From assembly GCF_001194135.2 (NCBI RefSeq), contig NC_068981.1, positions 137,168,184-137,231,862 of the forward strand: a stretch of DNA of 63,679 bases, read 5' to 3'. Below are positions 1 to 11,371 of this stretch, piece after piece. The notes below the pieces were generated by a model. That model saw only the letters and a list, made by a program, of their open reading frames with translations. It was not told the DNA's origin and searched no databases. Position numbers and translations under genes: made by a program. The DNA comes from Octopus bimaculoides. Lineage: Eukaryota. Positions within the stretch are counted from its first letter, which is position 1; every line of letters begins with the position of its first letter.

Positions 1-35
<35 letters not shown>

Positions 36-665
36 CACACATAAATATACAATGGGCTTCTTTCAGTTTCTGTCTACCAAATCCACTCACAAGGCTTTGA
101 TCAACCTGACGTTATAGTACAAGACACATGCTCGAGGTGCCATGCAATGGGACTGAACCTGGAACCGTGTGGTTGAGAAGCAAGCTTCTTACTACACAGC
201 CAGGTCTTTGCCATTCACTGAAATAGCTGGGAAGTGGAGGCAGATTATGAAATCCAGAATGCTTGCATGCCTGTTGTATCAGTATGTGAACAATACTCAC
301 ATGTGTATGGGCCTTACCCAACCTCAATGTATGGTCAGTAACTGATCTAAGCAGTATTATTTCATGCTCTGTATTGGAATTCTAATCTGTTGGATGCCGT
401 GTTGCCATAAGAAATCAACAAAGATTGTGATGCCTTGAATTTATCTTTTATTACTTGTTTCAGTCATCGGATTGTGGCCAAGCTGGGGCACTGCCTCGAA
501 GGGTTTAGTTACATAAATCAGACCCAGCACATATTTTAAAGTGTTGTACTTATTCTATCGATCTCTTTTGCCAACAACTAAGTTATAGGGACATACACAA
601 ACCAACACCAGTTGTCAAGCAGTGGAGTGGACAAACATAAACACAAAGACACACACACACACACA

Positions 666-698
<33 letters not shown>

Positions 699-974
699 TT
701 ACTCACTCACTCACTCACACATATTCACACACATACGCATACACACATACATATATATATNNNNNNNNNNNNNNNNNNNNNNNNNNNNNNNNNNNNNNNN
801 NNNNNNNNNNNNNNNNNNNNNNNNNNNNNNNNNNNNNNNNNNNNNNNNNNNNNNNNNNNNNNNNNNNNNNNNNNNNNNNNNNNNNNNNNNNNNNNNNNNN
901 NNNNNNNNNNNNNNNNNNNNNNNNNNNNNNNNNNNNNNTATGTATATGTGTATCTATGTATATGTGTGAGCGTG

Positions 975-1010
<36 letters not shown>

Positions 1011-1447
1011 TGTATGTATGTATGTATGTATGTATGTATGTATGACTGGTTTCTTATTTCCATCTACCAAATTCCTTCACAAAGCATTAGTCAGCCTGAG
1101 GTTAGAGTAGATTACACTTATTGAAGGTGTTGTGCAGTGGGACTGAACCCAAAATAGCACATGATTACAAAGTGAGCTTCTTAAACACACAGAAAATTTT
1201 ATCTTTGAAAGTTTTAATTGTATATTGTTTATAAGGGAAGGTGTGTCCTGTGACACCGATTCTTTGATATGTGTGGTTATTATGTTTTGGTACTGTTGAA
1301 GGAGGCTTGGTTGTCATTCTCCTGCTGGAGGATGTTCTCAAGGTCTCCGTTCATGAAAGTAAGTTCTGATGCCATGAAAAAGGCACTAGCCATGGTGCTA
1401 CATATAAAAGCACTGGTGCTGGTGCCATGTAAAAAGCACTGGTGATA

Positions 1448-1851
1448 ATCTTTTCTACTCTAGGCACAAGGCCTGAAATTTTTGGGCAGTGGGGGCCAGT
1501 CGATTAGATCGACCTCAGTATGCAACTGGTCTCAGAATATAAAGACAGACAAAATACCGCTAAGCATTATGCCTGGTGTGCTAACATTTCTTATTTCTTT
1601 ATTGCCCACAAGGGGCTAAACATAGAGGGGACAAACAAGGACAGACAAAGGGATTAAGTCTATTGCATCAACCCCACTGCGTAACTGGTACTTTATTTAT
1701 CGACCCCGAAAGGATGAAAGGCAAGGTCGGCCTCAGCTGAATTGAACTCAGAACATAACGGCAGACGAAATACCTCTAAGCATTTCACCTGGGGCGCTGT
1801 TTCTGCCAGCTTGTCGCCGGTGTGCTAATGTTTCTACTAGCTTATCACCTT
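1448..1851 (-). mobile_element. tRNA-derived SINE (tail type 1) containing a nested SINE of tail type 2 (1592-1818)
   Basis: Shared head and body (GAGTTCAAATT B-box-like, TTGCCTTTCATCC). The inner copy is flanked by GGTGTGCTAAyrTTTCT direct repeats at 1575-1591 and 1819-1835. Confidence 0.75.
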
Positions 1852-1854
1852 AAA

Positions 1855-2538
1855 GCACTGGTGATGGTGCTACATAAAAAAACACCGGTGCTGGTGCTAC
1901 GTAAACAGCATTGGTGCTGGTGTCATATGAAAAGCTAGTGATAGTGCCACATAAAAAGTGCTGGTGATGATGCCATGTACAGAGCATTGATGATGGTTCC
2001 ACATGAAAAAGCATTGGTATTGCTGTCACATGAAAAAGCACCTAGTGGTGAAGTCACATAAAATGTACTGGTGATGGTGGTGCATAAAAAAATGCTGATG
2101 TTGGTGCCATGTAAAAAGCACTGGTGATTGTGCCACAAAAAAGCACTGGTGATTGTGCCACATAAAAAGCCCTGATATTGGTGCCGTGTAAAAAGCATTG
2201 GTGATTGTGCCACAAAAAAGCACTGGTGGTTGTGCCACATAAAAAGCCCTGATATTGGTGCCGTGTAAAAAGCACTGGTGATTGTGCCACAAAAAAGCAC
2301 TGTTGATTGTGCCACATAAAAAGCCCTGATATTGGTGCCGTGTAAAAAGCATTGGTGATTGTGCCACAAAAAAGCACTGGTGATTGTGCCACATAAAAAG
2401 CCCTATGACACCAACACCAATGTTTTTTATGTAGCACCAGCACCAGTGTTTTTTTATGTGGCACAAACACCAGTGCTTTTTTTTTTTGTGGCATGAGCAC
2501 CAGTGCTTTTTACATGGCATTATTACCANNNNNNNNNN

Positions 2539-2595
<57 letters not shown>

Positions 2596-2705
2596 AAAAG
2601 CACTGGTTCTGGTGCCATGTAAAAAGTATTGGTGTTGCTTCCATGTAAAAAGCACCTAGTGGTGATGTCACATAAAAAGCACTATTGATGGTGCCCTGTA
2701 AAAAG
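1855..2705. repeat. Minisatellite of 25-27-bp monomers (GTGCCACATAAAAAGCACTGGTGATT-like) with a 77-bp higher-order core
   Basis: 77-bp units start at 2104, 2181, 2258 and 2335. An inverted block lies at about 2408-2528, and further monomers at 1370-1446 lie left of the SINE insertion. Confidence 0.85.
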
Positions 2706-3585
2706 CACCCAAAACCAAGCCAAGACAGATTATGGAACCTGGTGTGGCCCCTGGCCATGCTAGCTCCTGCCAAGCTATCCAATCCATGCCAGTATGGAAA
2801 ACAGATGTTAAATGATTATGATGATGATGAATACAAATGTGATATGAGGCACCTGAATTTCATGTTAATGATGCTTGTATGCAAAATGTCAAGTAGTGAA
2901 ATCTGGTTTCATCTGCATTACATATCAAAATTTAAAAAATTTAAAACAAAAATCCAACTCATTTAAATTTATTTTGGTCATATTACAAAATAGAAATAGC
3001 TATGTTTATTTTAATGAATAAATTATAAGATGTAAAATACATCTAGAAACTAGACAATTCTTTTAGAAATATATATAATTTATTTTTATATACTTGAAAC
3101 ATAACATTATTTGTTGAATATTATAGAAATTAATGCAAAAAATTTCTTTATTGTGTTTAATATTGATATGTGCTATGGCTAAGTGGATTAAATATTGGAT
3201 GACGTCTTTTTAATATTATCAATATCATTGTTATAGTATTAGATAGAAGTAAAATTTAATATTTCTTTCTGAGGCTCAGATGCAGACTTATTAGTGTCAT
3301 TGAGAAGTTTGCTGTTTAACTAAGTGGTTTTGGGTTTAGTTAGTGTGTGGAACCTTGGGCCAGTGTTATTGACAATAGCCCCAGATGACCAAAGCACCGT
3401 GAGTGGGTTTGATAGACAGAAACTGAAAGAAGCCAATGGCACACACACACATATACACACACACATGTGCACACACACACACACACACACATTCTCACAC
3501 ACATACATTCATACACACATGCACTCACACACATACATACAGACACATGCACACACATATGCACACCCACACACAAGCATACTTT

Positions 3586-3666
<81 letters not shown>

Positions 3667-4833
3667 ATTGGGGACCGAGACTTCTGGCAGTTTGCTGTGC
3701 TTGAGAAGACATGTCAGTTTAAGTAAATATGTGGTCATCCTTGCATACAGGCATCTCCCCTGCATCTCCCTTCAGCTGACTGTTCCTGCCAGTGTCATGT
3801 GAAAAGCACCTGTGCCAGTACCACATAAAAGCAACCTTGTTGGTGCAGCATATAAGCACCCAATACACTCTGTAAAATGGCTGGCATTTGGAAGGGCATC
3901 CAGCCATGGACATCAAGCCAGCATGGAAGATGAATGTGAAATGAGGATAATGATAATGATGTATATCTGCCATAGGCTATGTGTGCCATAAATATCGCCA
4001 TCCACTTTGGAGAAAATTTGTAGTTTGGAATCAGTAGTTCTTTGACTGCTATTTCTAAATTTTCAGTATGTTGGAGAAGCAACTCAATTGCTAATCCCTG
4101 TATATTTATAATGATATATATATTTATATATATATATATATAAACACATACACATATATATATACACACATATATATATGTACATATATATTTATAGATA
4201 TTCTTTAATTCTTCTATTTGTTTCAGTCATTTGACTGCGGCCATGCTGGAGCACTGGCTTTAGCTGAACAAATAGAGCCCAGGATTTATTCGTTGTAAGC
4301 CTAGTACTTATTCTATTGGTCTCTTTTGTAAAACTGTTAAGTTGCAGGGGATGTAAACACACTAACATCAGTTGTGAAGCAATGATGGAGGGACAAACAC
4401 AGACACACAAACATATACATACATAGCCATTGGTTGCACCAGTCCTCAGTCAAATCGTCCAACCCATGCTAGCATGGAAAGCGGACGTTAAACGATGATG
4501 ATGATGATGATGATGATATATATATCCTTGAGGAGAGATAATGAACTGACTGGCCTATGTAGGTTCGGAGGTGCTGGTAATATGCATAATTGCCTGCATC
4601 TTCAAACCTGCAAACTAGAATATCATACTGATGATGGAAATGAAGGTTTTTACTATTCTGATCCAGAAATGCGTCTATGATTGACTAAGACTGGCTAATT
4701 TCATTGTTTTTTCTTCTTGTTTTGCCTTTGTGAGTTACAAGCACTGCTATCTGTTGGAGTTTTAGCACTTTAGCTGCTATTTCTGAACTTCGGTATGTGG
4801 TGAAGCAACTGTTGCTGATCCCTTAATTAGGTG

Positions 4834-4845
4834 TAGAGAGAGGGG

Positions 4846-4920
<75 letters not shown>
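4834..4920. repeat. (AG)n microsatellite; many other (CA)n, (TA)n, (TATG)n, (CAT)n and (TAA)n tracts occur throughout (e.g. 1-45, 648-760, 940-1043, 3441-3666, 41057-41154, 42208-42266, 61297-61365, 62161-62280, 62731-62810)
   Basis: Direct inspection. Confidence 0.95.
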
Positions 4921-4925
<5 letters not shown>

Positions 4926-5803
4926 ACAAAGTTATTTTATTTCACACAGGTAGAAATATAGAAAAAGTAGAAGTTGAAAATGCACTGAAAATTGTTAAAA
5001 TATTTTTTTATTATATTTAAAGATTCAACTGGTTTCGCAGTTTACACTGATTTTCAAATAGTTGAAATAGAAAGATGTGGCTTATTTCACAACTGTCTTT
5101 CTTCTGACTAGTGTTTGAAGCTTGCTCTATTTTTATAGGGAGTTCATAGCTCAATTTAGTATATGTTTTGGATAGGACTTAACTGATACAGGATAATCTC
5201 ACCCAACCTGTGCAAGCATGGAAAAATAGACATTAAAATGATAATGGTGATGGTGATGATAATAAATCTTATGTGGTCTTGCTAATGAAAGCCAATATTC
5301 CTGTACTCAACTTATCCTCTTTGATTCCAAGTCTTTGTTGTTCTACAGTTAATTCTGTGAACTTCCCTCCATCCAGTTTCTGCCTAAACCTCTGCATTTT
5401 CAACAAGTCTTCTCTTAACTCTAATTCTATAAGCTACATAGCAGGTTTTATGAAGCTACTTCAAGAGCATGGTCTTTAAATCTTTGATACACTTACTGAA
5501 AAATTACTCCAAAGAATACAGCATATTGAAAGTTCTGGTTTCTAATTGAAGCATTTAATTACAGACCGTCGTAAGTGCCAAAACTTAAAAACTAAGAAAA
5601 ATGCAGTCAAAGTTTTGCAACTTTCAGAATGAGATATCTCGCCAAGGAATGAACTTAGGAAGCTGGTATTGGTATTAAAATGACCGGGAAGACCTCCTCT
5701 AATCATTCAACTATGTGAAATTATTTATTTATGTATGCATCTGAAGGATGAAACAATGACTGTGTCTTTCTCATTTTGTAGAATATACCGTTTCTATGAA
5801 ACG

Positions 5804-6182
5804 GTGGAGGCGCAATGGCCCAGTGGTTAGGATAGCGGACTTGTGGTCATAGGATCGTGGTTTTGATTCTCAGACCAGGCGTTGTGAGTGTTTATTGAGC
5901 GAAAACACCTAAAGCTCCACAAGACTCCGGCAGGGGATGGTGGTAAACCCTGCTGTATTCTTTCACCACAACTTTCTTTCACTCTTTCTTCCTGTTTCTG
6001 TTGTACCTGTAATTCAAAGGGTCAGCCTTGTCACACTGTGTCACGCTGAATCTCCCCGAGAACTATGTTAAGGGTACATGTGTCTGTGGAGTGCTCGGCT
6101 GTTCCATCTGTGGAGTGCAGGCTGTTCTGTTGATCAGATCAACTGGAACCCTTGATGTCGTAAGCGACAGAGTGCCAACAAC
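5804..6182 (+). mobile_element. Full-length tRNA-derived SINE (family A)
   Basis: A-box TGGCCCAGTGG at 5816, B-box-like GTTTTGATTC, (CAA) tail, and 11-bp TSD ATGAAACGGTG (5796-5806 and 6183-6193). Closely similar to 16812-17199. Confidence 0.85.
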
Positions 6183-7491
6183 ATGAAACGGTGTATCGCA
6201 TTGCATATTTTAGCCCTAATACCTAGAAAAAACATACACAGATTCCCCAAAGCTATTGTTTGTGTTTTAATATACTAAGGTAAGTATCTTTAAGTGGTAA
6301 GTAAGACTAGATATTAAGATAATAGTCCTCAATGGTAACAAGGATTATTAGAAAATGAACCATAACACCTCAGAAAATGATACAAGGATCACACCAAAGG
6401 TATTGATTCAGCATGTGTGCTTATGGTGGTGTGTTACTAAACTCACTGGTCCAAGTTTGGGTGAGTGAGCATTGTGTCAATAGCATTGATGTACAATTTT
6501 TACAGCCAGATTTTCGACCTTATTGCAAGCCTCATCAGTTCTTCCACTCAACTTTTGTGGATTCTTGATGTTGAGACAGAGAAAATGATATACTAACGTC
6601 GAAAATGGATGGGGTGGCGCATATTACACTCCATTACTAATGCCTCGATTAACTTAAGTCAAGGTTATTTTGTGGATGCTCTTAGGTTTTTGTGTCCTTT
6701 TGCCCTTTATCTGAGAACATTAGACCTTACCCTGTTAAACATTCTCATTATCACCATTCCAATGCTGGAATGGGTTGGTTGGTTTGACAGGAACTGATAA
6801 GCCAGAGGACTGTGCCAAGCCCCAATGTCTGCTTTTGCATGATTTCTACAGCTGGTTGCCTTTCTTAATGCCAACCATTTTACAGAGTGTGCTGGGTGCT
6901 TTTATGTGGCACCAGCATCAGTGAGGTCACTAAGTAACTTGCAAGGTGAGATCCCTTGACTAAGTGAGGACATGAAAGTAGGATAGAAGGGAAGAAACTG
7001 GTGTCTTGTTGAAGAGGTGAATATATAGCTTTCCTAGCTGGAAATAGAGAGAAAAAGANNNNNNNNNNNNNNNNNNNNNNNNNNNNNNNNNNNNNNNNNN
7101 NNNNNNNNNNNNNNNNNNNNNNNNNNNNNNNNNNNNNNNNNNNNNNNNNNNNNNNNNNNNNNNNNNNNNNNNNNNNNNNNNNNNNNNNNNNNNNNNNNNN
7201 NNNNNNNNNNNNNNNNNNNNNNNNNNNNNNNNNNNNNNNNNNNNNNNNNNNNNNNNNNNNNNNNNNNNNNNNNNNNNNNNNNNNNNNNNNNNNNNNNNNN
7301 NNNNNNNNNNNNNNNNNNNNNNNNNNNNNNNNNNNNNNNNNNNNNNNNNNNNNNNNNNNNNNNNNNNNNNNNNNNNNNNNNNNNNNNNNNNNNNNNNNNN
7401 NNNNNNNNNNNNNNNNNNNNNNNNNNNNNNNNNNNNNNNNNNNNNNNNNNNNNNNNNNNNNNNNNNNNNNNNNNNNNNNNNNNNNNNNNNN

Positions 7492-7680
7492 NGAGGAGGG
7501 GAAAGGAAAGGAGGCAGAGGGGGAGGAGTGGAAGGAAAGGAGGCAGAGGGGAGGAGGAGGGGGAAAGAGAAAGAGGAGGAGGAGAAGAGGAAGGGAGGTA
7601 CAGGAGGAAGAAGAGGAAAGAAGAAAGAGGAGAAGGGGAAGAAGAAAAGAGGGAGTGGAGGCAGAAGAGGAGGGGGAGGT
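7492..7680. repeat. Polypurine low-complexity tract (GGA/GAA), continuing into an N-gap
   Basis: Almost entirely A/G, adjacent to the gap at 7039-7491. Confidence 0.9.
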
Positions 7681-8580
7681 TGTGGTAATAATGTCTGTCG
7701 TTACTATTGTGATAGCGTAGCTCTGACTTTTGTTTGTGTTTCATGTAATACTTGTTGGTATGGCAAGTTGTCTACTGTGATACAGGCTGCTGGTGGCATG
7801 TTAATATTATTTTTAGAAGCCTCAGCTTCATCAATTGTGAGTTTTCTTTTTTAGACTGAGTTTGTTCAGCTGACTGAGAATATGCTATGTGAAGCAGTCA
7901 TCCGGAATAGCAGGTGTATTTCATGATCGTTTCGACTTACTCTTTATACAGTAGATGTTGATTCTTCTTTTTAGCAACTAGAATGTTTGCAATTTCACAC
8001 AGAACTTAAACCTCTTGTGTAATTCTGTTAAAATATATTCAGTTTGTATTCTGTCCATATTTTCTTTACAGTAACACTCAGAATTTGCTTGGTTAAAAAA
8101 AAAATGTTTGCCCCAGTTGTCCTCCATGTAGTGGATATATCAGAACTACCTTAGGTTCAATTATATTATATTCATTATTGATCTCCATGGATTTGTCAGT
8201 ATTTCTATGATGGCAGAACAATTAATGAGTTAATGCTAATGCTAATTTCTACAAAAGGTGACTAAAACATAATTGTTCATAGAGTTTAACACCTGAGGTA
8301 TCCATTAGTATCAAGCACAAAGAACTTTATATCGAAGTCAGGTTCTATTGATTACCTTGTTAGTTTGAAATTCACTGAGTTGTTTAAACCCTGTGCTTGC
8401 CTATTAACACCTGTGATGGAGATGATTCATCTCATTGTTTCCTTTATTAATTGTCTTCAACACCTAGATGTCACCCTTAACAAGATTGTTACTGTCACAG
8501 ATAGCATGCAAAACATGACAATATTTTTCTATTGGATTATTTGAGAAAATAATGATCAATTTTAAATTCTGATTTTACAT

Positions 8581-9135
8581 TTCTCCTCATCATCTTTCTA
8601 CTTCTTGTCCTCCTCATCCATCTCTTCTACCTCCTCCTTGTCCTTCTTGTCTTCTACCTCCTCCATCCATCTCTTCTACATCCTCCTTGTCCATCTCCTC
8701 TTTTACCTCCTCCACCTCCACTTCCTCTCCTTCTACCTCCTCTACCCCTGTCTCTTCTACCTCCTCCATCTCCTTTTTTACCTCCTCCACCTCCTCTACC
8801 ACCTCCACTTCCTCTCCTTCTACCTCCTCTTACTCTTTCTCTTCTACTTCTTCCTCTTCTTCTTCTACTTCCTCCTCTTCTTCTACCTCTTCCCCTCTTC
8901 TTCTACACCTCCACCTCCACCTCTTCTACTGCCCCTTCTTCTACCTCCTCCTCCTCCTCCTCCTATTTTTCTACCCCCTCCCACTCTTCTTCTACCTCCT
9001 CCTCTTCTGCCTCTTCCTCCTCTTTTTCTACCCCTCCCACTCTTCTTCTACCTCCTCCTCTACTACTACCTCTTCATCATCATCGTTGTTGTTGTCCTTG
9101 TCATTGTCCTCCCCGTCCCCTCCTCTTCCTCCTCC
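8581..9135. repeat. Polypyrimidine low-complexity tract (TCC/TCT/ACC)
   Basis: Almost entirely C/T with periodic A. Source of the Ser/Leu/Pro/Glu-rich pseudo-ORFs. Confidence 0.9.
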
Positions 9136-9430
9136 TCATCATCATCACTATTTTTCATGCTAGCATGGGTTAGATGGTTTGACAGGCGCTGACAAGCCGG
9201 AGGGCTGCACCATGCTATAGTCATATGTTTTGACATGGTTTCTATGACAGGAGGCCCTTCCTAATGCCAACCACTCTGAAGAGTGTGCTGAGTGCTTGTT
9301 ACATGGTACCAGCATGGATGATTTTTTACATGGCGTCAGCATGGGTCCCTTTTACGTAGCACTGGCACAGGTGCTCTATACATGACTCATGGAAATAATA
9401 TATAGATTAGGTATACCTCAACTTAAATGG

Positions 9431-10020
9431 GAGAAGCATGACCTTCTAATGTTGGGCCTCACAGAGGAAATGACAAGAGACCGAGACCTTTGAAGATATG
9501 ATGTGATTGAGAAGATCTGGCAACTAAAGTGAGATCGCCATGGTCTATGCCAGTGTTGCATGTCCAGCCCATTTAAAAGTACCCTTGATGTGTCGGACAA
9601 TATGATATGCTTGAGAAAACCTGTTGAGTCAAAACCAAAATCGTAGCTGTGGCCAGTGCCCCCTGACTGGCTCCTGTTCCAGTGGCACATAAAATGCACC
9701 ATCTAAACCTGGTCGATGCCAGTGGCTCCTGACTGGCTCCCATGCCAGTGGCATGTAAAAAGCACCATCCGAACATGGCTGATACCAGTGTTGTCTACTG
9801 GTTCCCGTACTGGTGGCACATAAAAAGCACTATCTGAACGAGAACGATGCCAGATCCACCTGACTAGTTCCTGTGCCAGTGGCATGTAAAAAGCACCCAC
9901 TACACTCTTGGAGTGGTTGGCATTAGGAAGGGCATCCAGCTGTAGAAACCGCCCAACCCATGCCAGCATAAAAAACAGAAGGTAAACAATGATGATGATG
10001 ATAATGACAATGATGATGAT
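9431..10020 (+). mobile_element. 3' end of an RTE-clade LINE (ORF C-terminus, 3' UTR with about 66-bp modules, (ATG)n tail)
   Basis: Translates to EKHDLLMLGLTEEMTRDRDL*RYDVIEK (RTE-like C-terminus), followed by four modules, GGAAGGGCATCCAGCTGTAGAAAC and a (GAT)n tail. Related copies at 11870-12146, 18193-18494, 32277-32443(-), 36020-36390(-), 56686-57100. Confidence 0.65.
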
Positions 10021-10102
10021 GTATGCTTTAACTTAAATGGAAATAATATATAGGGATGCCTCAACTTGAATGGAAATAATACATAAGTATACCTCAACTT
10101 CA

Positions 10103-10479
10103 CCCCCGTGGACTATCACCTTAACATTGGTTCAGGGTGCTTGCGTGTTTTAATGACCTGAAGAGCTATGCTGTCCAGAACCTTGTATTCCTGGTAGGGT
10201 CAGCCAAGGCAGTAAGATCGGCAGGCAGAAGTCAGACAAAGAATAGTCCACTCACCTTTCAGGTTGAGGGTTGAGCAATGGGCTAACAACCCATTCTCAA
10301 AAAAAAAAGCTCTTATTACAGAACCCAAAAGCGCTCAAAGAGAAAATTCATACCACACGAAACCAGGCTTTGAAACATCATGGAATGCGACAAGAAAACT
10401 TGAAAAACCAAGGAATAAATGGAAAACAAGTGTGGGGGCCTTATGTGCCAGCTGGTATGAAGAGGATAGATAGATAGAT
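10103..10479 (+). mobile_element. Internally deleted non-autonomous RTE-type element (5' UTR fused to 3' end)
   Basis: 5'-UTR-like motif AGGTTGAGGGTTGAGCAATGGGCTAACAACCC, 3' part encoding KPRNKWKTSVGALCASWYEEDR, (GATA)n tail, and putative TSD ACTTCA (10097-10102 and 10480-10485). Confidence 0.6.
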
Positions 10480-10936
10480 ACTTCAAGTTAAATGGAAATA
10501 ATATATAGGTATACCTCAACATAAACCATTTCAAGTTATATATTTTTTGATAGAGAGCATAAACCTCAACTTCAGTCAATTTATCTGACTTTACATTGGA
10601 CTCAGCAAATATATTTAAAAGTTCCTTCCTTTCTGAGATGCATATATAGACTCATAGGGCTGGTTTCCCAGTTTCCATGGAATATATATTCCCCACCTGA
10701 TGGGATGCTGGTCTGTCACATGACTGCCCATTTTTGCCTGCTGAGTGAACTAGAGCAACGTGAAATGAAGTGTTTTGCTCAAGAACACAACGCACTGCTC
10801 GGTCCAAGAATCAAAACTACAATCTTACAATCATGAGTCGAATACCCTAAACACTAAACCACATGAGTCCACCAATACATGTAAAAACATAAAAATTGAG
10901 TAAACACCTAAAACTAATATTCAACTGGAAAATCAA

Positions 10937-11343
10937 GAGTGGCTGTGTGGTAAGTAGCTTGCTTACCAACCACATGGTTCCAGGTTCAGTCCTACTGCGT
11001 GGCACCTTGGGCAAGTGTCTTCTACTATAGCCTCGGGCCGACCAAAGCCTTGTGAGTGGATTTGGTAGACGGAAACTGAAAGAAGCCCGTCGTATATATG
11101 TATATGTATATATATGTGTGTGTGTTTGTGTGTCTGTGTTTGTCCCCCCAACATCGCTTGACAACCAATGCTGGTGTGTTATGTCCCCGTAACTTAGCGG
11201 TTTGGCAAAAGACACTGATAGAATAAGTACTAGGCTTACAAAGAATAAGTCCTGGGAGCGATTTGTTCAACAAAAGGCGGTGCTCCAGCATGGATGCAGT
11301 CAAATGACTGAAACAAGTAAAAGAGTAAAGAGTAAAAGAGTAA
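10937..11343 (+). mobile_element. Full-length tRNA-derived SINE (family C, internal TA/TG microsatellite); the most abundant repeat in the window
   Basis: Head GAGTGGCTGTGTGGTAAG...GGTTCAGTCC, body GTGAGTGGATTTGGTAGACGGAAACTGAAAG, (GTAAAAGA)n tail. Many partial copies on both strands, e.g. 51-200, 4200-4420, 29320-29765, 39015-39620, 58340-58705. Confidence 0.85.
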
Positions 11344-11371
11344 ACCATTTATTGAAATAGATATAAACTAA

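Noticed and set aside
1855-2705. CRISPR-like look of the minisatellite and of the 66-bp module arrays
   Set aside because: No unique spacers of regular length, no leader, no cas genes, eukaryotic context. The units derive from a LINE 3' UTR.
5804-5880. tRNA genes suggested by A/B boxes at SINE heads
   Set aside because: No acceptor stem closure, and each continues into a SINE body. These are tRNA-derived heads, not tRNA genes.
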